A program made the position numbers and the translations under genes. A DNA stretch of 61,146 nucleotides, filler included, from Hausera hauseri (lineage: Eukaryota), in the NCBI GenBank assembly GCA_046269625.1. It is 9 parts of 9 records of this genome, joined end to end, with 100 filler letters (N's around TTAATTAATTAA, not from the genome) between each part and the next. Parts side by side here need not be neighbours in the genome. Positions count along the whole stretch, not along the records: positions 1 to 10,907 come from JBJURY010142204.1; 8 more parts are not named here. One strand, given 5' to 3'. The notes beneath the pieces are model-generated. The model was not told the DNA's origin. It ran no database searches and worked only from the letters and a program-made list of their open reading frames with translations. Positions 1-9,100 of the stretch are shown here, piece by piece. How positions within the stretch are numbered: the first letter of the stretch is position 1; each line of letters begins with the position of its first letter.

Positions 1-182
1 GATCGTCATAATGAAATGGGAAGTCTATTGGATGAAAATAGAAACTTATTAGATAGAATTCAAAAATTGGAAATTGAGAATCGGAACTTTCAAACTACAC
101 TTGCTGATCGTCATAATGAAATGGGAAGTCTATTGGATGAAAATAGAAACTTATTAGATAGAATTCAAAAATTGGAAATTGA
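1..182 (+). repeat. 105-bp (35-aa) coding tandem repeat at the window start
   Basis: Bases 1-77 recur exactly at 106-182 (DRHNEMGSLLDENRNLLDRIQKLEI). Confidence 0.95.
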
Positions 183-3100
183 TGTTCGAAGGTTAACCGA
201 CGAAATTCGTAATTTGAATGAGAAAAACCAAGACCTTGAGAAAAAGTTGATGCAGGCGAAAGATGACAATTTTAAACTTCGCGAAAGTCTAAACGAAGCC
301 GAGTCAAAGTTGCGTAGTAGAAAACAAGTCAAGCCATCTGCCAAACCGTCGAAATTTGTTCAGGACGATTTTTATGAACAATTGAAGTCTCAAAATGAAA
401 AATTCTTAAAATCACTAAGTATGTTTGAAAAAGAAATGGAGGAAGAATTGGATTCATTCATCGATGTTCAAACCCGAGGAACTGTCAGTGAAATTTGTCA
501 AGAGTGGAAAGACGAAAATGCATATTTATCGGACCAAGTGAAACAGTTACAAGAAAAAATGAGTACTGAAAATGAACTTGCAAAAGCAAAGAGCGTTGTG
601 GGATTATCCCAGAACGATTCACTTGAGGTGCAGTTATCTATTCTGAAAAATCAAATCGATGATATGAAACGAAAGTGTGCCGAAAATCATGTCGACAAAA
701 TTCAATACCAAGATTGTCTGAAACGCGATAAATTTAAAAAAGAAGAAATTGATCGTTTAGAAGCCATCATATTTTCATTAAAATCCGATTTGGATCAAAA
801 GGCATCAAATTTGAAGTCAGTTGAATCGCGGGTAAGTTCTGAACCGGATACACCAAATTCGCAAATGTCGAAAAAGTTGACAAGAGCACCAATCAAGTTC
901 ATTTCTGATATTGGACCAAAGAAATCCACAGAAAGTTTGGAAAAATTTGAATCGACGATAAAAGATCCGGACAAAGAGGACAATTCCAGTATTTCTGTGA
1001 ATCCAGTAATAGATAATTTGGAAAAGCGAGTCGGGTCACTGTCGACCCAGTTAAGTGAACGAAATGATTTGATTCAAACCCTACAAAAATTGCTGAGTGA
1101 AAAAGATCAAGTTATACGAAATGCTACGGACATAATTAAGCAGGATTCGGAACTGTTATTGAAAACGTCCCGGTCGCATAGTTTCGATAATTTTCCGTTA
1201 AGTCGTTTGACGTCAAATTTAACGAATGATTCAATCGATAGACATTCGGCTGAAATGCTAAATAGTAAGCCAATTAGAAGTAGACTATCGTCCGATACCA
1301 ATCTGGCGACGTTGAATCAAATTCCATCAAAGGTATTATTTGGAACTTCTGGAGTTGATTTTGACATCACAAAGAGTTTGGCTGATCGAGACGAAACGAT
1401 ACAAAGCTTGAAATTGGATTTGAATTTAAAGTCAGATCGGTTAATATCGCTCATGAAAGAAAATAAAGAATTGTCAAGTAAGTACGAAATTGAATCGCAG
1501 AAATCTAATCGAACTGAACAGAACCTCATTTTAAAAGAGCAGGTATTGGAACAGATTCTGAAAGAAAAGGAACAAATACGATTAGCATGTTCGAATGAAT
1601 TGCAGGAGAAATCGGATAAATTGAGCGAGAAAATCAAAACGATCTCGCTTCTGGATAGCGAATTACATCGTCTCTCATCACAAGTCGAATTTCTAAACAT
1701 AGAATTACGCGCAATCAAAGCCAAAGATTCCTTACTAGATCAGCAGTTCGATAAAGATTCGTTTGATGCATTGCAAAGGGAAAATGACGCTTTAAGACTA
1801 ATGATTGATTTGAAATTAGCCGAAAATGAAACGTTGAAAAATGAACTCGTGTCAATGCAGGTAAATTACAAGAAACTGTCAAATGATTTCGATGCTTACA
1901 AAATCGATGTCATCGTCACGCAAACGGACAAGACTATTCAAACCGACATACCTGATAGTAGTGCCAGGAAGGAAACTGAAATCATCGAAAGCTTGAATTT
2001 AGTGCTGGATATCGATGTCCAAGAACCAAAACGTGTCACAATCAAAACCCCGTCTGTTCAAGAACATAAAATTAAACTAAGTACTCGAAATCACGCGAGC
2101 CAAACAACGATGATTGAAAAATCCAACGCAGAAATGTTAACGTCCCAAATGAATATTACTCAGATGGGTAGTTTGAAAAAAATTGTGGACAATTTCACCC
2201 AAGTGCCGATTGAGTTTGATCGAGTCAATAAAATCGATCAGGGAATCCAAACCGACGATATGAAGAAAGTCAAGACGAGTCAAGTTAACATATTTACTGC
2301 CGTGGAAATGCGAGAGGAAGCAATTTCAAATGAAAATCGCAAACTACAAAATGAAATTAATCAATTGAAAAGCATTATCGAAATTCTGAAAGAAAATGAA
2401 AATAAATTAAAAGATACGAATATGGAGGAATTGTTAGAGAAAGATCGACAATTTATGGCACTGGAAAGCGACTGTCATTTGTTGATGAGTAAACTGCAGC
2501 AGTATACCGATTTAGAGAACCAATTAGACTCATTACTAAAACAAAAGGAAATCGAATTCAACGATTTACAAACGGAGCTAAGCAACTGGAAAGAAAAATC
2601 CAACGCATTCGAAAAGAAAGCCACTGATTTCGAATATCAAATTATGGCGTCGGACAAAACGCTGAACGAGAAAAATTCCCAGTGTGAACATTTAAAGCAA
2701 AATTTAGACAATATGAAAATGCAAATCCAACGATTAGAGGATCAGTTTGAAGTCTATAAAAACAAACAAGAGAAAGGCAGTTCTGTGGAAAACAAATTAA
2801 ATTCTGCTCTGAAGCAGAAAGAAACCGAATTGGATGACTTAAACACTGAATTGTGTGCGTGGAAAGATAAGTGCCGGAAGTACGAACACCAGATCGACGA
2901 ACTGAAATCCGAAGACAGAGCTACGCAACAATTGCTTCAAAACCGAAGCTCCCAGTGTGAACGGCTGAAGGAGAGCTTGGATCAGACGAAAGACCAAATA
3001 AAACAACTCGAATTTAATTGGGAAAGTTGTAAAAGTGAGTGGTTGGAGAAATTGGGCAGTTTACAAATGACGAACGAACAATTGGAAAATGAATATATGC

Positions 3101-6100
3101 AATTGTTGAAGAAATACGAGACGAGTGACGAACATAAAAACTGTCTTGAAGAGGAATTGGAAAATGTGAAAAGGAACTACATGAAACTGGATCGAGAATA
3201 TCGAAAGTTGACGAGTGAATATTTGGATATGGAGGCGGACATTGTTTTTCGTGACACCGAAGCGGGACGTTTGCAGTCGGATATAGAAAAATTGAAAACG
3301 TCCAATATGGAATTGACAACTCAAGTGGAATCGTTGACTATGGATTTAGTAAATGCCCACAGTAAAATCTGTGAGTTATCTCTCAAATGTTGTACGAGTA
3401 AAGTAGAATCGAAAGTCTATCATTGGAAACCGAGACATTCAGCATCATCATCAGGTAGACGATACTGTTCAAACCCGAATTTGAACAATATTCACAATAG
3501 TTGTTTGGATATTTTCGACATCTACCAAATAGACTATGATGACCTGAAGAAGCGATATGATGGAATTTGTAGTCAAGTTGGTAACCTGATTTCTCAGTTG
3601 AAAACGAAGGATAGGCAAATCTCTGAAATTCGAATTGAATATCAGGATAATATTCGGAAATTGTCAAACTTCGAACAATTGAAGTTCGATCATTCGGAGT
3701 TGGAGATCAAACATAAGCGGTTACAAAAGGATTACGATAACCTAACTCAACAGTTCCGTTGCCATGACTTGGAGTTGCAGCAGAAGATTAACTGTAAAGA
3801 TGAAGAAATTGAACAATTGAAGTTAGCCCAAGATGAGATGGAGAAAGATTGTCAAATATGCGGAGAACATTTGAAAGAATTACAACAACAAGTTGACATG
3901 TCGCATTCCGATGTCTGTAAATTACAGGAAAACTATTTGGGAAACATTGATAGTTATGCCGATTTGGAACGTGAATATAACCAACTAAAGTGTCTGTACA
4001 ACAATTCACTAATCGAACTGGAACAGTGTGCCGATTTGAATCAGGAGATCTGTGATAAAGATAAACAGATCAAGGAACTGATGATGTGCAATGAGAATCT
4101 GGAACGACAAGTCTCCGATTTCCACGAAAGAACGAGCTTTCAAAATCGAACGATCGATGAATTACGACAGAAGGTGATAAATGTGGAACGTTACTATGAT
4201 GGTGAAATCGTCCAGTGCCGAGAAAACATCGAACGACTGAAATCCAGTGAACTTGGTCGATCAGCTAACTGCTGTAGAGAATTGCGGGAGAAAGTCGACT
4301 TCATACGAAATTTAGAAATGAAAATCGACGATTTGAAATTGAAATATCGTGCACAGAGTAAAGAATTCGATGATCTGAGTAGTGAATATTCGAATTATTT
4401 GTTGAAATTTGATGGATTGAATCGAGAGTTACAAATCCAATGTAAGTTGAACGATGAGTTATCCAGTCAACTACGGGACAATAACTGTTTAATTGATGCT
4501 GCCAATCGAGATAAATGCCATCTGAAAATGGAACTTGAAAATAAAAATTCGAAAATTCGAGAACTGATGAAAACCGTCGAGCGATTGAATCATTCTCTTA
4601 AAGAGAAAGATGTCGAATTGAAGACGAATGAAAGTCAGCTGAAAATCAACGAAGACAAACTAACAAGTAACAATCGAGAATCGGCTAACTTATTGAAGAG
4701 AATTGAAGAATTAAACGTCGAATATGAACGAAGTCAGTCGGAACGAGCTTTGGCATTGGACAAATTAGACAAAGAAATGAATAATTACATAGACGAATTG
4801 AAACGGAAATCGGACGACCAGATGCGTTGTCACAAAGACCAGTGTACCGAGTTAACCAATGAAAATACCGAACTTAAGCGAGTTATTCAAGCCAACGACA
4901 AACTCATCTGCAGTTTACAAGCGAAAATATCCGAACTCTGTAAAGACATTGAAATGCTAAAACAAGCCGTTAATGAACGAACTAAACTGTCGGTCTGTCA
5001 AGACCAGGAGATTTCCGATTATCGAAAAGACAACACCAAACTGTGTCGTCTGTTGAACGACAAGGACCAAAATATTTCTGATCAGAATCAGCAATTACTG
5101 ACGTATTCGACGGAAAATAAGCGTCTGAACGACATTATCGATCAGAAAGATCGAGCTATTTTGAGTCATGAAAAAAATTATCGGAACATCGTTAGAGAAT
5201 TGCAGATATTAGGTGAGGAAAACAATAAATTAAAGAATAAAATTGAAGAGATCTTGTCGAAGTATCACGATCTATGTCAATTTATTGAAGAAGATAGTAG
5301 GCCTGGTTTTAGTCCTAATGAATCACGGGAACTGATTCTGGACGACAATGCAGGTCTGAAGCAAGATGACCAAAGTCATATACTTTCATCAATAACTCCA
5401 GTGTCTGATATTCAGGTGTTGGATAACACTCTTGTAATTGACGGCGATGAGAAAGACAGAAAAATACGACTAAGCGAACCCGTCTTTTCGACAACAAAAT
5501 CGGTAACATGGAAAACAACTCACGCCGATGAAGAAGGAAAAGATAGTGCTGGAATTACGAGTTTAGAAAAGGCAATTGATGACTACGAGAATATACTCGA
5601 GACATTTGAACTCCCTAACGAAGTTGTGAGAACGGACAAACTATTTTCCTTGCTAAGAAAAGAAACTCCTGATACTCATATAAGCGATTTCAAATTAAAT
5701 TATACTGAAAGTATTGAGGTCAGTATTTCAAGTAGCGAAACGTTCAATAAGGATGATGCTCCATCTAAAGGTTCTTCAAAGTCATCAGGTAATTCAATTG
5801 AATTAGAATTTCAAAAGCCCGAAAGTTCATCACCGTCAGTTTCTGACAAGGAAATGAATATTTCCAAATCCAAGAGCAAAACGAGCTCATCCAACATTCC
5901 ATTGGAAATTGAACTTGTAAGATCCAAAAGTGAATCGAGTGCTGAATATCATATGTCAAGTAACATTTCAATTTCCAACCCGCCGACGGAGAATAAATGG
6001 TCCGAAAACGTAACTCCCAACAAACTCGACAGAACTCTTAATGTCAAATTTAATCTAGACGACGTTGGATCATCAAAACTTAATTTGCCATTCGATCAAC

Positions 6101-9100
6101 CGGATGCCGAATTTGGGATCGATAAAAAGAAATCAATTGTTAAAAAGTCGAAATCATCAGAAGATGTGAAAATAGAAAGTAAATCAAAGACCGATTCCGA
6201 GGAGAAAGATGTCCGTCCTGTTGCACAAGAACGACGGTCACAGTCATTAGATAATAAAATATCCGTTAAAAGTTCAGAGAGAAAAGATGCTCCTTTCAGG
6301 ACAATTGACGCACGCAGTTCAATGGGTTATCAAATAATTGACACAACACCACCTATAGTAAAAGGAAAGAACTTTCCACACATACCATTAAGTAGGAAAT
6401 CTTTGGAGAGTAATCAAATATCGAGTGCTCAAAGAAAGGACGAATATGACATACGGTTAAGTAGAAAAAGTTCAATAAGTCATCAAATACCAAGTTCTAA
6501 ATCTTCGGATACCTTAAAAAGAAAGGATTTATCTGATATACCGTTGAGTAGAAAAGTTTCCGAAAATAATCAAATATTGAGTCCTAAGAAGTCCGATTCA
6601 TCAAAGAGAAATGATGCATCCAATATACCGTTAAATTCTAAAAGTTCAGATTATAATGAAATTCCAAGCCCCATGAAGTCTGATTCATCAAAAAGAAAGG
6701 ACCTATCTGATATACCATTAAGTGCGAAAGGTTCAGATTATCATGAAATACCAAGCCCTATGAAATCTGATTCATCAAAAAGAAAGGACTTATCTGATAT
6801 ACCGTTAAGTGCGAAAGGTTCGGATGAAAATCAAATACCTAGTCTTATAAAGTCTGATACATCGATATTAAAGGATATATTTGAAATGTTATCTAGTGGA
6901 AAGGTTTCAGATACAAATCAACTACTGAGTCTTCTAAAGTCTGAGATGTCTAAACGAAAAGATGCATCCGAAATACTGTTTAGTGGAAAAGATTCAGAGA
7001 ATTATCTGATACCCAGTTCGAAAATGTCTGATAAATCAAGAAAACAAAATTCATCAGATGTTCCGTTAAGCGCAAAGAGATCAATGAATTCCAAAAGACT
7101 AGATGACGCTCTTGATATTGTCGTTAGTGGAAAGGGTTCAAATGATGATCAAATACCTAGTTTGAGGCAACCGGATTCTCTGAAAAGAAAAGATGACTCA
7201 AAAAGTCCGTTGATTGAAAAGGATCCCGATAATGATCCAATTACCAGTTCATGGCGACTAGATTCTTCAGAAAGAAAAGATGCATCACAGATTTTGTCAA
7301 GTGGAAGAGGTTCAGATAATGTCAAAGCAACGAATATTAGAAAACCGCATACATTAAAGAGAAAAGATACACCCGATATTCCTTTAGTTGATAACGGTCC
7401 TGAAGATGATCCAAGAACGAGCTCGTGGCGATCTGTTTCTTCAAAAAGAAAAGATGCACCACAAATACGAATGAATGAAAAAGATTCAGATCATGTTGAA
7501 ATATCACATTTTAAGAAACCTCATGTATTGAAAAGGAAGAATACACCAGATGTTCCGTTAGATGAGGATATTTCAGATGATGATAAAATAACAAATGTTA
7601 AGAAACCTCATGCATTGAAGAGGAAGGATACGCCCGATATTCCGTTAAATGAGGATATTTCAGATGATGATAAAATAACAAATGTTAAGAAACCTCATGC
7701 ATTGAAGAGGAAGGATACGCCTGATATTCCGTTAATTGAGGACAGTTTAGAAAACGATCAAAGATCGAGTTATTTGCGACTGGAATCATCAAAAAAGATT
7801 CATGTAGCACCAATTTCTCTAAGTATAAAAGGGTCAGATAATCATCAAGGAAGTCGTCCGATTCAACTGGATTCTTCAAAAAGTAAAGGTGCATCAAAAA
7901 TTCTTTCAAGTGGAAAACGTTCAGACGATGAAGAAGTCGCGAGTTTAAAGAGACCACGTGCTTTGAAGAGACAAAATACACCGGATATTCCGTTAGATGA
8001 AAACGATACAGATGATCAAATAAAGAGTTCTGGAGTTCCTAGTGCCTTAAAAAGAAATGAAACTCTAGAAATACGTTCAAGTAGAAAAAGTTTACGGATT
8101 GACAGGAAAATCAGTAATAGTTCAACAACAATATATGAAAATCTCAGTACTAAGCCTAGCGTTACTGAATCAAAGTTACAATCACTTATAGTCGAGAAAT
8201 CTGAAAGTATTTCATCATCCAGCTATGAAAGTAATTCTGAAGAACGACTTTCACAATTATCTGTGCAAAAAATATCTAAATTGAGCTCATCCTCTCATCA
8301 CGAAAGTCACATTAAAGAAAAGGACATATCGAAATTATCGGAGCAAAAGAGATCTAAAAGCGTTTCATCACTTAGCTATGACGGCCCTAAAGATGACAAG
8401 CATGATGAGAGACGAAGATCACAATTTACAGAGAAAACAAGGTGCCAAAGGGTCTCATCGTCTAAGTACGAAGGTCTCTGTGCTAAACTAAATGAAAAAG
8501 AAAGGTCTCAGTTACTGGAGAAAAGAAGATCCAAAAGTGTTTCATTTTCTAGCCATGAAGGTCACAGTGACAAACCGTATGAGACTGGAAGACCTCAGGT
8601 TTTAGAACAAATAAAATCCAAAAGTGCTTCTGTGCCTAACAGTGAAGGTCATAAATCCGGACCGTATGAAGAGGGAAGAAGATCACAGCTATCAGAGAAA
8701 ACAAGATCCAGAAGTGTTTCATCATCTAGCCATGAAGGTCATGATTCCAAGTCATATAGCACGGAAAAATCAATGCCCAAAAAATCGAAAGGCGGCTATG
8801 AGAATGATATTCCCGTCGTGCCAATGAAGGATTCTCAGATACCAAGTGAAGAAAAACCGAGAGGTATGCCACTCTGTTTTAAAGATGATAACACAAGATC
8901 GCAAAGAGGACAAAGTACGCGTGCAGTAAACGCTCCTGCTGCTTTAGATAAAACGAATAGAACAATTCATTCAAACGGAAAACAATCGGTGAAAAAATCA
9001 AGTACATCCATGGAGAAAAAAGGTATTGATAGAAAAACTCTTGGAACGGTATTTTATTCTCCGTATTCTACCAACGATGAAAACGTCCGCAAAAACACGA

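Noticed and set aside
6361-8100. Regular repeats as a CRISPR array
   Set aside because: These are in-frame coding tandem repeats without unique spacers or cas genes, in a eukaryotic context.
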